64,000 nt of DNA from Azolla caroliniana. Taxonomy: Eukaryota > Plantae > Polypodiophyta. The notes under the pieces are model-generated. The model was not told the DNA's origin. It did no database searches and was given only the letters and a program-made list of their open reading frames with translations. Each line of letters begins with the position of its first letter. Within the stretch, counting starts at the first letter, position 1. The stretch is taken from contig JBHGNT010000018.1 of the NCBI GenBank assembly GCA_043228905.1, positions 4,960,001-5,024,000 of the forward strand, written 5' to 3'. Below, one piece after another: positions 1-13,185 of this stretch. Both the position numbers and the translations under genes were made by a program.

Positions 1-690
1 ATCTAGGCATTACCTAAACTTGAGTGGCATATCAAGTTGATAAAACTTCAAGAGGGAGAGCAATAGAAAAACTATGATAGATTGGCATGTTTGGTCAAGA
101 GATTGAGCTTTGGGCCCAATACTCAAAGAATAGCTAAATTCTTGTATGTGGTTATTTATAGATTTAAGGGAAATTAAAGGGGCAAAATAGTGACAATGTG
201 AAATGTCACTTCCACTAGCTATAAATAGCCTTAACTCCCATCCATTTATAGAAAACCAACATTCCATGAATTACATACTCTCTTTTTCTCTCTTTAGTTT
301 CTACTACAAAAAATCTCTTCAATGAGAGCGTGAGGGTAAGGGATATAAGAGAGGACTTTCGCTCTAAAGGTTTATATTGGGCATAAGTGATCTTAGGGAG
401 TATATCATTACATTTGAGTTGTGAGTATGAATTGTAACTTTTCTTTGGCAAAAAAAATCTTATTATTCTTCTAGAAGTAGCCCCATTAGTGAACCATGTT
501 CAATCCATGTATCCCTATTTTGTCAGCATCTTTTATCATCAATGATCATTATGCACATATGTGTTTCTTCACACTTGTAAATACAATATATAATAATTGT
601 TTGTGCTTTTTGCATACATGTTGAGTTAGATACTTAATCACAGTTTAATCTTGGGTTAAGTTTGCTTCCACTAATATAGAGAAACAACTA
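1..690 (+). mobile_element. Degenerate LTR remnant (probable solo or 5' LTR fragment)
   Basis: TATA-like ctataaatagcc (~219) followed by a CT-rich tract and a 'gtagccccattagtgaaccatg' motif resembling plant LTR R/U5 regions. No partner LTR or clear PBS in the window. Confidence 0.3.
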
Positions 691-708
691 GTGAGTGAAC
701 ATGTATAG

Positions 709-830
709 TATCATGTATGGATTAAATAATGACTATCATTTGCATTTGCCAGTGAATTGGTTTTTAAATTATCATGTTATGGATTAAATAGTGACTATCA
801 TTTGCATTTGCTTGTGAATTGGTTTTTAAA
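709..830. repeat. ~61-bp tandem duplication (2 copies)
   Basis: tatcatg(t)tatggattaaata.tgactatcatttgcatttgc..gtgaattggtttttaaa occurs at ~709-768 and ~770-830. Confidence 0.9.
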
Positions 831-1721
831 GTTTTGTTTGGAAGGCATCAAAGATAGTGAAGCAATAAACTCTTACAACACAACATTTTAAGATGTATGT
901 CATGTTCAATCTCAAAGGCCATTTCGGCCTTTGAAAATACCTTGTTATATATCTTTCTTTCGACTAATTTGTTTTTTCTAATTCATTTGAAAATAATATC
1001 TCAAAGTAGTGAATAACTTTTTGCTTCTAGGTGTCTCTAGAGAAACTTTACTGACCTTTTTAAGTTTCTCTTTAACAGTATTTTTGTCCAAAAATTGCAT
1101 GTCAATATTTTTGCATATACATGTTTTGGATAGCTATTTTATTTGAATGTTAGTATGCTATAACAATGTTGAAGATATGAGAAACTAGGGCATATAACAC
1201 TCGAAGACAATTTTTCCTGTCTAAAATGATATGGTCTATCAATGCTCATCTAGAGGACATGTCTATTTCATCCTTGATTAAAATATATTAGGAAGAAAAG
1301 CATTTTCTTTTTCCTTTTTTCTATCACAATACACATTCTATGAAAAACGGGTGAAATGCAATATGTGTTGGGCGTTGAACTACTTTAAACAAGTGACACT
1401 TTGCATTGTTAAAGACATGAATTTCTCATGGTGTGTCCTTTCTCTTTTCCACATAAATCACAAACCTATATAAGGTTTGGTGGTCATAGAGGGTTTTATC
1501 TTTGTTGGGAGCATTTCGATCGATTTCGATATCACCATGAATGCTCTTCGGTTTAAAATGGCCTCCCTAATTTACACATTTGTAACTATCTCTTTCTTAT
1601 GTGGAAGCTTAATGCTTCTATTGAATGTGGTTGTAGCACGTCCTGAGAAAGGAGCTCTTAACACGTACATGAGATGGTGGCCCACAAGTCATCAAGAGTC
1701 CAAAGGTACCTTTTTGAATTG

Positions 1722-1723
<2 letters not shown>

Positions 1724-1754
<31 letters not shown>
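1724..1754. repeat. (GT)n microsatellite
   Basis: Direct inspection. Confidence 0.95.
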
Positions 1755-1760
<6 letters not shown>

Positions 1761-2063
1761 TATGTGTATATGTATGATTAACTATCATGGAAGATTGAAT
1801 AAGGTCAATGTGTCAAAGTTGAGCCCAAGGTGAGGATTTCAATGTTGTGACTTTTGATGCTAACTATTCAACATAGAGTGAGAAAGAGATAGAATCAATT
1901 GACCCATACTTGAGAGATTGTATAGAGTGTAGCAAAGATGTGTGGAAGTAAGGATGTGAACCCATGACTTTGTGTTAATAGCATAATATGCTAAAACTAG
2001 ACTAGGCCAAGCTTCATGGGCACAAGTTTATACAATGGAAAAGGAGAGTCCATGATGATAATG

Positions 2064-2065
<2 letters not shown>

Positions 2066-2100
<35 letters not shown>

Positions 2101-2102
2101 CA
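2066..2102. repeat. (ACAT)n/(CA)n microsatellite
   Basis: Direct inspection. Confidence 0.95.
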
Positions 2103-3134
2103 TATTATATTTTAATAATTTGCATTGCCCAAGGTAGACTTTCTCATATTCTTCTAATAAAAGAATACTTATGGAACCAATGTGGGTGCGTGGATTGGAT
2201 TATAGGTGAATTGCAATTGAGATTGCGCATTGTGAGACGAAGGTGTATGGAGTTGAAAATGTTGGAAATCAAGTTCTAATATGGAGTGAGGATGATATGA
2301 TGACTTGATCAGCTATTTCATCTAGGCAATTGAATGAAAAGTTCACATACTATTAATAATATTATAATAAACCATCATAAAATCGAAAGTTTTATTTAAT
2401 GCTTATAAGACTGTTACAACTTGGCTTCTCGTTAGATAGAAAAAAATGGTATTCTATGGTTGATCCAATATGTTCTGGCTACTAGTGAATTTCTATTGAG
2501 AACCATTTTGCCCTATTTTGATTCGATTAATGTTTAATTTTCTTCACCATGTAAGTTTTAATTTCACAGATGAATGTTAGACGACATAGAATGTTTGATG
2601 CATTAGTATTAAGACCATGGCTTCCTCATATTAGTTTTCTATAGTTTACAATGTTGTACATGGGATGTAAATATGCATGTATAGCTGGAGCACAAGTGGG
2701 TTAACATTATCGTGTTACCCAAATATCGTTGTTATAAAAGAGTTCGTTGGGATAAGTAGAGAGGGGGTAAAATGGGGCTAATTTCAGTTTTGTTGGAGAT
2801 AGGGGCCGCATAAGTTTTTGTTGTTTTCTTACTAGTTCTGGAGTTGTTCCTCCGGGTTGTATATTTTAATCCCACAATGGATTCAAGTTGAACTCTTTTG
2901 TATTATGTTTGCTAACTAATACGAAGTAGTGTTTTTTTTTGAAAAAAAAAAAACCAAATTGCTTGTACTTTGCATGCTTCTTAGATGTTTTTTGCACAAT
3001 TCCTTAAATAAAAAAAAGATGAATTCTTAAACTCAATTTTAAGGCTAGAGGAACAAGGTTTGTTGCAACCAACACGAAGTTTTTGTAAATATGCCCTTTT
3101 TTTAATCATTACTTGACATATGTTTTGCATATAG

Positions 3135-3436
3135 ATGAGACGCGAAAGGTATCGTCAATGGTTACAAGCATGAAACCTCAAGATAGTGCATTTGGAGTCA
3201 ACAACGAGATGGATAGCTCAAATGGTGACGTACTTAACAAGATTGATGAAGATGCATGGTGGCATGACCTTGCTAATAGCTACCCTCCGCCTTTCTTGGG
3301 CCCGGCAATTGCAGTTGACCCTTTATATGTCGGTAGTGAACTTGAAGACACAAGCACAAAGATGTCTAACAATCGTGATGAAGCTCCTATTAGAGACACT
3401 AGGGTAAAACATGAGTCTCATGATATACACCCTTAA
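3135..3436 (+). other. Candidate orphan terminal exon (acidic ~100 aa, unidentified)
   Basis: The open frame DETRKVSS...DAWWHDL...HDIHP* follows a T-rich tract and an AG acceptor (tatag|atgag) and has higher GC than its flanks. No family recognised. Confidence 0.3.
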
Positions 3437-4149
3437 AATATAGTGGTAATAATAATAGTTATAATAATGATGTGTCTACTAATTTAGCCATAAAACATCA
3501 TAGAGAAATATAATATTAAGTTAAGTCTTAGACATCAATGGGTTTTACAAGTAGGCTCTACTACATTTAAGACTAGGTTCTCTTTGTTGGAACTTTCTTC
3601 TTCCATTTTGATAATCGAGGCTTTCTCACACACTCCTTATAACAAATCCATCAATCAAAGTTGGTTAATGTTTTGTTGCTTGAAATTTAATGGTGTCCAA
3701 GTAATTTAATGTAACCTTTTAGTAAATGTTGCTTCATTTTTTGTTATCAATAAGTATATTTCTATTAAATTAGAATGAACTTCCAAATGAAACGCTCTTA
3801 TGTTTCTACCTTTGCTGATTATCTAAAATGTCTAAAGAGAAATTAAGAAGTATTTTGGTATTGCTTACCCTTTACAAACACTACCGTTGTTTTATCTCAT
3901 GTTTTTAGGTTGCATATATCATGTTTTTTTTTTTCTAAACAAGATATCCTTCCATTAGTTTTAAGAAGCATGTCTGCTAAAAAATACAACCAATAGCTCA
4001 GCACTTCCAGCAACACCTTTGTTACAAAAGACTTCAAAAGCTTCCTTTGGAGCCTTGTGAAAGAGGGAATGGTGTACAAAGCATTACTCACATATTGCAG
4101 ATATTTATCATGCAATTCAAACACATTCCATGCAAATGCCTGGTCTAAT

Positions 4150-6050
4150 CCAGTTACAACCTTCTTCTCAGCCTTTGTATAAGATAATTCCAAAGGTCTT
4201 GGCAAATAGATTATGGAAGTATTTGTCAAAGTTTATACGTCCCGCCCAATATGGTGTTGTTCCAGTTAGGAATATATTGCATGTAATGTGTTGGACGTTC
4301 AATTACCATGGATTATGCAAGACACACTCATCAAGGATTGATTATGGTACAATTAGGTTTGGGGAAAGCTTATGATCATGATAATTATTCATTTATTTCT
4401 ACTATAATGAATACAATGGAATTTGGACCATGTGTGTCTCGCCTCATATTTATATTAGGACAACCTGAATAATGCTTAATTGGAAAATTACATCTTGCCC
4501 TCACGAGATCAATTAGTCAAGGATGCCCTCTTAAACCATTGTTGTTTGTTATTGTTACTCATCCCTTGTTAGTGATTTATCAACGCTTGCAACTAATGGT
4601 GACATTGTGGGCCTACTTCCATCTGGAGGGCAACTGGTTGCATAAGCTTTGGCAGATGATCCTTTAATATCTCTACGAGCCTCATGTGAGAATCTTGATA
4701 AGGGGATGCTTGTATGGAAATAATTGTGTTGGCTTCTGGATTACATATTAAGTAGTGGAAGTCTAGTCTTGTATCATGTACCAAAAGGGATTTGGAATGT
4801 CTAGGATGGTAAGGACCCGTGGTAAGGAATGGCTCTATTTTTTTTATACTTGGGGTATCCATTGAGAATCAATGTTACGAATGGTCAATTGATTGAATGT
4901 ACGTCAAATCACTTAAAGGGATAAGTTCAAGTACTGGAAGTCACAATCTTGGTTATTTCATGTATGACTAAAGGTTATACAATGTATTATGGAACCCATG
5001 ATATTATATCATTTGTCATTGTTGTCATGGACAAAGAAGGATTTGTGTTATGTTTTGCAATCTCTTTAATATTTGTTGTGGAGAAAGAGGGGTAAGATGG
5101 GAATCATATGGGTTGCAAGGAATCATCTAGCAACCCCAAAGCACTTGAGGAAGTTAGAATATTAGACTTAACTATGCATATGATGACTCGTAGATTTTCG
5201 TTATTGCAAGTCATGTGTTCTAACTCACAACCATGGATATCTATTGTTCAATATTTCATTGAGAACAAGGGTTTAACACATGGGAGGACAATGATTAAGG
5301 CTTCATGGTGGCAATTACTGAACGTATGTATTTTACTTAAGATTCTTGACCCTTAATGTGTTCAAAACTTCGTTATCTCATGGCAAGAAGGGGTCTCTTT
5401 TTCTAGTAGAGAGAACAACTACAAAATATTATATTGATTCAAGGTCCTTTATCTCTACAAATAGAATAGCAACCTTGGGTTGACTAGTGTTTAAGGCGTC
5501 AAACGTCATTTTTTACAAGTGACTTATAATATATTGTATCACTTCTCTGTTGAGTCTCTTCAATGATTATCATCCAAAGCTGAACAAGAATAGAAAGTAC
5601 ATAACTTTGATTTTGGATGGTGGCAAATCTTAAAACGTAGTTGTCATTCTAAAGTGCCAATTGTAGCAAAGGTCTTGATTTGGAGAGTTTTGATTGGGGG
5701 TTTGTCTTTGAGATTAGATCTAATGCGATGTGGACTAATAACAAGCAATTGCTTCTTTTGCATTATTCAAGTGGAAGATAGTACTCATAATTTCATACAA
5801 TGTTCGATTGCTTGTCATATTTGGAGTTACATTTGTCACGATGGTGTTTGAAGCCAAGACAATGAGTGTTTGTACAATTCATAAAGTCGGTCCAAATCAA
5901 AGATAGAGATCATTTTTCCTATTGATAAGGTATTATTGGGGATTGCATGATAATTGGGATATGCACAAGGCTTTTGTATTTGATGGTAGGCATGGAGTCA
6001 AAACATATCTACGAAAGTTGAACGGAGTACTAATTTGGCAATTTTCTTTG
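4150..6050 (+). mobile_element. Decayed non-LTR retrotransposon (L1-like LINE) ORF2: RT plus C-terminal zf-RVT
   Basis: Broken-frame motifs in LINE order: LYKIIPKVLANRL..FIRPAQYG (4175-4260), KAYDH (~4367), SQGCPLKPLLF..VTHPL (~4515), ALADD (~4646), YLG.P (~4847), and KVLIWRVL...CFFC...H.FIQC..ACHIW (5654-5851). Many stops and frameshifts. Confidence 0.85.
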
Positions 6051-9000
6051 TGTTTCTTTGTCAAGCAATGGTGAATGGTTTAAAATGTCAACAATTTTTT
6101 AAATGGATATTATTTTTCTATGCAATTATTGATGAGGATTCTAGGCATGGATGGTACCATTGTCATAATATATGCGCAAAGAGGAGGGACGACAAGAGAT
6201 TATTAAAGTAATGAGTGTTGCACAAAGCAATGGTGAATGGTTTTAAAACATCAACAAATGTTTGAAATGTTACATGATTTTTCTATACTCTAATTAAGGA
6301 GTTAAGTATAGTGTCCTTACATTCAAAGTTATTAAATCATCTCATTCTTATGTCTAAGATTTGGGCATCATTAATGATGATATTTTCGTCCTCTTTACCA
6401 ACGGTTTACATTCAAAGTGTCAAAGCTTTACATTCTTCATCATGTACGGATTTGTTTAACTACATATGTGATGGGGACTATATGTTGAAAGTTCAAACAA
6501 AATCGATCAGCTCGTGATCGAGGTTTGGAAGGTCAGATCCTCCACAAAGACATTTGGATTTGTCCTTTTTGTGTGCTTGATGCACCTTTTGAATTTCTCG
6601 ACTTTGTGTTCAAGTTGGGTGGAATTGAGCTCCTTTGCAATACATTCCTTTGTCCTTTTGGAAAGGTATGGTTGGCATGTGAACTTGGGCCAATCTTCAT
6701 TGATGCCAAGGAAGATGGTGGCTTTTGCAGTTAGGATGTGGTCATGGGAAGGTATTTCACCCTGTGACTCCTCAACATGGTTTGTTAGAGAGAAAATGAA
6801 AATCCATTAAAGTGCATTAAGAAATGATAATAAAGTGGGATTCGAACTTTGTGTAGATACATTATAAATGTTTGAATCATCAATATTCATCCTCGCTCCT
6901 TGCCTACTATGCATTGAAATATCCTAGAGTTTTGTATTATGTTCCCAGATGCCCTTAAGTTTCTGTTACTCAGCAAATACCCCTTGTTAACCCTTGAAAG
7001 AGAGAAAATGTAGATGATTTACAATGCACTTTATGTTACATATAGTTGTCATGACGGTTTGTCAAGGGCATTTGGGAATTAATGGACACTTACAAACATT
7101 TGGAAAATAATTAATTTTTGAGTATTTGAGAGAAGATATTTTTCGAGAAAAGTACAATGCATAGCCAAAAAATTTAATACAAAAATGTAAATTGTACATT
7201 TAAATCATCATATAGGCTATCGAAAATAAATTAAATTGGTTTAAAATATGGTGATGGAAGACAAAACCACATCATGATTTGATATTAAAGATAAGTATGA
7301 AATGTGACAAATCCAAATTTTCCTTGCATATTGGGTCGCAACATTTGATGTTGTAGAATATGATTTCATGGATCTAACAATGTTAGTTACATTTTTGTAA
7401 CCTAGCTTTGACCCTAGGTCACATGTTGAATTGAATTTCTTGTAAGATTTGAATGTTGTGAAAGTGTTTGGAATACATTGGGATTTTTTTCAAATCTAGT
7501 GTACGTGATAAAAATGAGTATCGAGGCAATTACAACTATAGTATATTTGGTTGTACATCTAAGATTTGATTTTTCATTCCATGAGAAAGAGGTAGATTGC
7601 TGCCACTATATCTCAAAGAGTTGCAAAAGCATAGATGTGTGTTCCACCATGAAAATAACGAGAAATTTTTCACCATGATAAATAATAATGTGAAAAGACA
7701 CTATTATTTAGAGTAAGGAAATTTTACTTTGATATTTTGCTAGAATAAAAAAGTGCAATAAAATGATATGTTTGTTGAAGGACGTCACACATGTAATACA
7801 TCAATCACTAGAACAAACAAAATGTGTAATGCACTAGAAAACAACACATTGCCCTATATAATTGTTCGTGTGAATGACAATCAATAGTGGATGTATTGAT
7901 TAACAACAATATTGGTGGATACTTATGTGCATTGTTATAGACTCATTGACCTCCAAAATAGTTTGTTTGAATGATTATCTTTGATCTTGATTACCATGTT
8001 AGGTTGTTAGAAGAACAAAAATGATAGATTGTCAAATTAGTGTGATAATCACATGTGCATATTCGTCACTCGATTATCATTGTAACTAGTAGGACACTAT
8101 ACAACACAATAGGAAAGAAACAAGTCAATCTTGGTCATAATACTTGTTGTATCGAACAGGTTGGAAATTTGGTCATGGAGCCAATTGTGTATTTTGTCAC
8201 AACTATTAACTTGATCATTGGTTTCTCTTTCTTCATTGCCACATTTACCAATCTAACTATCAATATCCTAGGAGGATTGTTTAATCTACTTGCTAGAGTT
8301 GGAAAGAACATGCCAACAAAATGTATGCACGATATCATGTAAACAAGAGACACTCCATTCCTAACTAACCATGAAAAATTCATAACACAAGATGTGAGCT
8401 TGAATTCAATGTCAAGTGTGGATAATATTTGGTACATTCTTGTAGCAACACTTTGTGATTTTAATGTAGAATCCCTTTGTGTCATTAGAAGATGAAGAAA
8501 TTTCGTAAACTATTAGGCAATCAAGGAAATAGATGTGCCCTCATTTTAATGCAATCCTTTTATAAGCTTAATACAAATAGTACAAGACATATCACAAGCA
8601 ATAATTTTCTAGTTTTATTTAAAATAAAGATTGCATACATGTGCAATGCATGCAAGTACTATGCTAAAATATGGAGAGACAAATGTTATCATCAAGCAAA
8701 TTGTGCAAGGAAATAATCATGGTCATCATGTGTCACATAAAGGTTGTGATCATTTATATCTAGTTATTAATCCCTTCCTATGTTGAACATCACAACAAAC
8801 AATTTCCAGTTATAGCATACAAACAATCCTAAATCGAATGTGCTCAAGGACATCCTTCATGGCAATGGTTTAAAACTATTATTTCCTTAGGTTGTGGCTA
8901 TTGTACAAAAATATGTCCGCATTCAGAAGTAAAGTTATTTCTCAACAAAACTCAAAAAGGCTAATATATTGAACTTCACATCAAAACAAGTAGAGAAAAA

Positions 9001-10351
9001 CAATGAAAAATAACAATGATTGCCAACTATTCATAAGTTCCTCGAAGATTACTAAAATACCATATGTTTGAAATTAACCATATTATGAGTCTCATGTCGC
9101 TGAATTACAAACAATTTGGAAGGCCTAGCTACAAGCTACATCCACAGAAGTGCAAGAGGTGTTGTGGGGGGGGGGGCTTCAACAATAGCATGAAAGCCTA
9201 ATGAAGAGAATGTGACAACAAGTTTTGAAAATATCCATGGGATGACTTGCCAACTAATTAAATCAATCGTTGGGAATAGCTTTAAGGAACTTCCAAAGTA
9301 GGGATAACTCCCTTCTACAAAAGTTATGATTGATTATAATGGTAGTTTTAACAGTGAATCTCAAAAAATGTATTGTACTGAAGAACTTTTGAAGATTGGT
9401 ACCCTTGGCGACGGTTTAGTTAGGCATCGACACAGCTCTACCCATCGATGATTCTCAAACCCGATCGTGTTGGTTAGGAAAGCAGCTCTTACTCATAAGG
9501 ATAGTTTACTACTGTTGAATATCAGAAATTGCATTTAATTGGTGACGATTGGTATCCCAGAGGTTGTTTGGCTACGCATTCCTTTTCTTCTTCCGAGAGA
9601 AATTATTTGACACTCATTATCGCATAGCCAAAATAAAAACATCATTTATTCATATCATCATGTGTGGATGTGCCTAGCATACAACTGGTTTATACATCAC
9701 ATTTCACCAGATTTCCAAATTTGGCTACAGAAATATGGACAAACAAAATTATTTGATACTCATTATTGCATAGACAGCTTAAAAGTCATTTGAACTTGTG
9801 TAGAAGTGTATAGAACACATTTGGTTTATCCATCAACGAAAAGTACAGACCAGCGGTTTCATTCTTACATTTATTTCTGCAAATTTACTTAATATTCCAT
9901 GACTAATTATGATTTCATAGCCTCAAATTTCCCACAACATGTCAACTGTCACAAACTAAACTTAAGTATTCACTATTCTCAGTCGATCATGACATGCTCT
10001 GGATATAAAAACTTTTGGCATTTATTATTATCAAGCCTGTCATAAATACAAATTCTTAACAGTATTATTATTCAATGAATAACTGTTACAATACCTTTAG
10101 CTGCACCACATTCTGAGGGTCAATTCTTCGATCAATGGACTGGAACAGAGATTTTGTCCTGAACCTGCTATGTGATTTAAACTACCATTTGGGCATATAT
10201 CGCCTTCTTGCCAGAGGCAGCAACATTATGCTAATTCTTTGCAAGATTGAAAGCAATAGGAAAAGAAATCCAAAAACCCAAAAAAATAAAACAAAAAACT
10301 TACTCTCCCCCTCAATCTTCCATTATGGGCATAATATACCATTGGTATATA

Positions 10352-11390
10352 TCAAAGCAACTTTTTGTGCTTCGTATGGAAGTCCAGATACGGTGAATTG
10401 GGTCCAGGAATATATTCACCATAATGCATATGAAGACGGATAGCTGCCAGTTTAGTCAAAATGCCCTCTGGGACATCAACTTCAGTGTATTTCACCGACT
10501 CTCTAACAGGAATTCCCTTACAAGTTGTCTGGTCTTTCTTGTGATAATCCAAGTAATCTATAGGCACTTCTTGGGTCTTTGGAAGATATCTTTTCATCTT
10601 CTTTGCTTGCTCTGGTGTTATGTTCTGTGAATGGATAAGTCTACGTAGGATTGTTTCTTGTTTCCTTAGACTCCTCCTTTTTGTAGACCCTCTCAATGAT
10701 TCCCAGTCATACTTAAAATCCTTTCTACCACTTGGTGGTTTCAGCCTTTCTCCACCAGCATGATGACAATAGTATTAGCAATTTAGCATCCAATATCAAT
10801 TTATGAAAGACTAATTCTCCGTCTTGCTCCATAGCTATTGTTAGTCCAACAGAATAAGGTATAATCAGAAACCAATGTCAATAATGATTTCACTCACTTG
10901 TACGCATCTCCTTTGATGAGAGCTGATCTTTTCCGATGGCAAAAGTCTGACATTCTAACTTCATGCAATGACCGCAGCCTCTTCAAATAGACTAAATTCT
11001 TTCTCTCTATTTTGCAAAGCCGATCTGGTAACACCAATAACACGTGTTTCCTAATGCTGATCTCACATTATATTGGAAAGAAATTTCATTGAACACCAAA
11101 TGTCTCATGGCCACTAATATGCTTGCCTTCATGAACTACTAAGCACAAGAGAAATCTCTCAAAAGTTCACTTAGACCTTGAAATTACAAACCTTCTTGAA
11201 GTCTCATTCTCTTCGCATTCAGAGTCAGAAAAGGGCCTCGGTCAGGGGATTTATTATCAACAGCTGGTTTAATATTCTTAATGCGCAAATGATGACGACG
11301 TAATTTGATATCATGCTCCCACTTTAAGTATCCAGTCATCACTTCATACTTCTTCATCCTTGCATCTAATTTAAATGCATTGGAACACAT
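10352..11390 (-). CDS. CFAP97/Hemingway (KIAA1430)-domain cilia- and flagella-associated protein, ~239 aa; proposed CDS complement(join(10352..10745,10898..11024,11192..11390))
   Basis: GT-AG junctions with matching phases give 720 nt. The spliced protein ...YLKWEHDIKLRRHHLRIKNIKPAVDNKSP...LNAKRMRLQE-DRLCKIERKNLVYLKRLRSL... matches my recollection of the CFAP97D1/D2 pattern (H..K......P.VD...P...K..Q.EER...IER.N..LL.K). The exon-3 acceptor (gaaag|g at 10746/10745) is the least certain junction. A probable 5'-UTR donor GTAAGC lies at 12620. Confidence 0.75.
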
Positions 11391-13185
11391 TTTCGGTTCC
11401 TATCATCCGAAACCAAAACCAGTAAGATGCAGAACAATATATGAATTGCAAATATTAACAACGTTCTAAGACGATCTTATCATTATACTAGAATAGGCGT
11501 TGATGTCACCATTTTTTAGAAACACTGATGTTCAACATTGATAGGCTGCCATGACTCTTGCTATCAAGTCAACATTGATTTTTCAAGAATATGTATATGC
11601 AAAGTTTTCCCAATCAGCAACATACAGAAATTAGCTCGTGAGAAATCATTTGGATATGCATGTCTGATGGTGCATTAAGATTGTTTAGAAATGCCTCGTG
11701 TAAAATATGAAGGTTATCATGACTCTTCGTGGACAGCACTTCCACATGACTTTATCGTGTATAACAAATGATCTGATAATAATTCTCACAGTTCAAGGTA
11801 CTTGCATGAGTGAAGATCTCTCAACGAGAAAGCTTATGATGAACAAAATTAATTTGTTTAGCATATCACACAATAAGATTATCTATAAATGTTTCTTCAA
11901 TAAAAACAGGAATGCTCCATGACACTTGATAGAATGCGTTCATGAATGCTCATTGTAAAGTGGAATAGGCTCGTCATTTTTTAAGGTATTTTATATGAAT
12001 TCTTCCCAGTGTCATGAACTTACTTATTGTCTTAATGGTAAAACTATCATATAGACCATGATGCAGAGAAAATCACTTTGAAAACAAGTAAGACAACTTA
12101 TCATGTATGAAATGGAGAAAACATGTATATATTGCTTAAAATTATAGACTTTATTAGAAGGAATTCTCAGATACTGGCATGGATGTGACATGGAGATCTC
12201 ATACGTTATGCTACAAATATCATATACCTCATCACGCAGAGAAATTTTGAATAGAAAGTGTTTAAGATTGTAGCACAGAAACTAAGGATCAAGAAACATA
12301 TGACATACAAACTAAGAAGGGATGTGTTTCCAGACAAAGAAAATATGAGGAGAAACACATGTTCTTTTACCAAAAAAAAAGGAGTCTTTTTCTAACAGAA
12401 AATATAACTTTTAACAAGAAAGAAAGCAATCAGAAAATATAAACATATAAAACATCAGGAAAACATCTAACTTTGAGCAGAAGAAAAAACATCAGAAACA
12501 AGGACAGTACCAAAACAAAGTCTCTTTCCGAACAGGAAAGGATGGAAGAAGACAATGCATTCAGCATATCAACAGAGGGGGGAAAAAAAACAAGTAAAAT
12601 CAAAGGATGTAAACGCTTACTTGATTCGCGAGTCTCGAAGAGTGTTCCCCTTGATGAAGAAGAGAAAGAAAAAGAAGAAATACAGATATATAGATGTATA
12701 TATCAGCAGGAAACGGGGGGAAATCCCTGTCAACAAAAGGATGCGGATTAATGGAAGAAAGAAACAGGGACTAGAGCGCAGGAGGCCCTCGAAGAAGACG
12801 AAGGAAGGAAGGAAAGGTGTAGATCATCAAACGCGGCATCAATCGAATGTCCCTTCCTTTCCTTTGCCGATGTGTGTGTATGCGCATCTGCAGAAGGACG
12901 GACTGAAAGAAGGAAGATCGATCTGCAGGAGAGGGAGAGAGGAAGATCGATCTGCAGAGAGAAAACGAGATGAAGAGGCAACGCCGTCTCACGTCGAAAG
13001 GGTTTTCCAAAAGAGGAAAAAAAGCATGAGGCAAAAAAGCAAAAAGCAAAAAGCAAAAGCCAAAAGCCAAAAAAAGCAGAAAAGATACAACAAAAAGGAA
13101 AAAGCAAAAAGACCAAAAAGGTGAGGAGCGAAGAGATGATTATGTATATAAAAATAAAGAGAAAGAAATGCTTCGAAGAAGAAAG

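Noticed and set aside
7480-7680. YSCNC motif on the minus strand as a SWIM finger of a MULE transposase
   Set aside because: The following CxH is absent and the frame is riddled with stops; insufficient support.
9560-9840. ~146-bp degenerate duplication
   Set aside because: Real but ordinary intronic/UTR duplication with no further signal.
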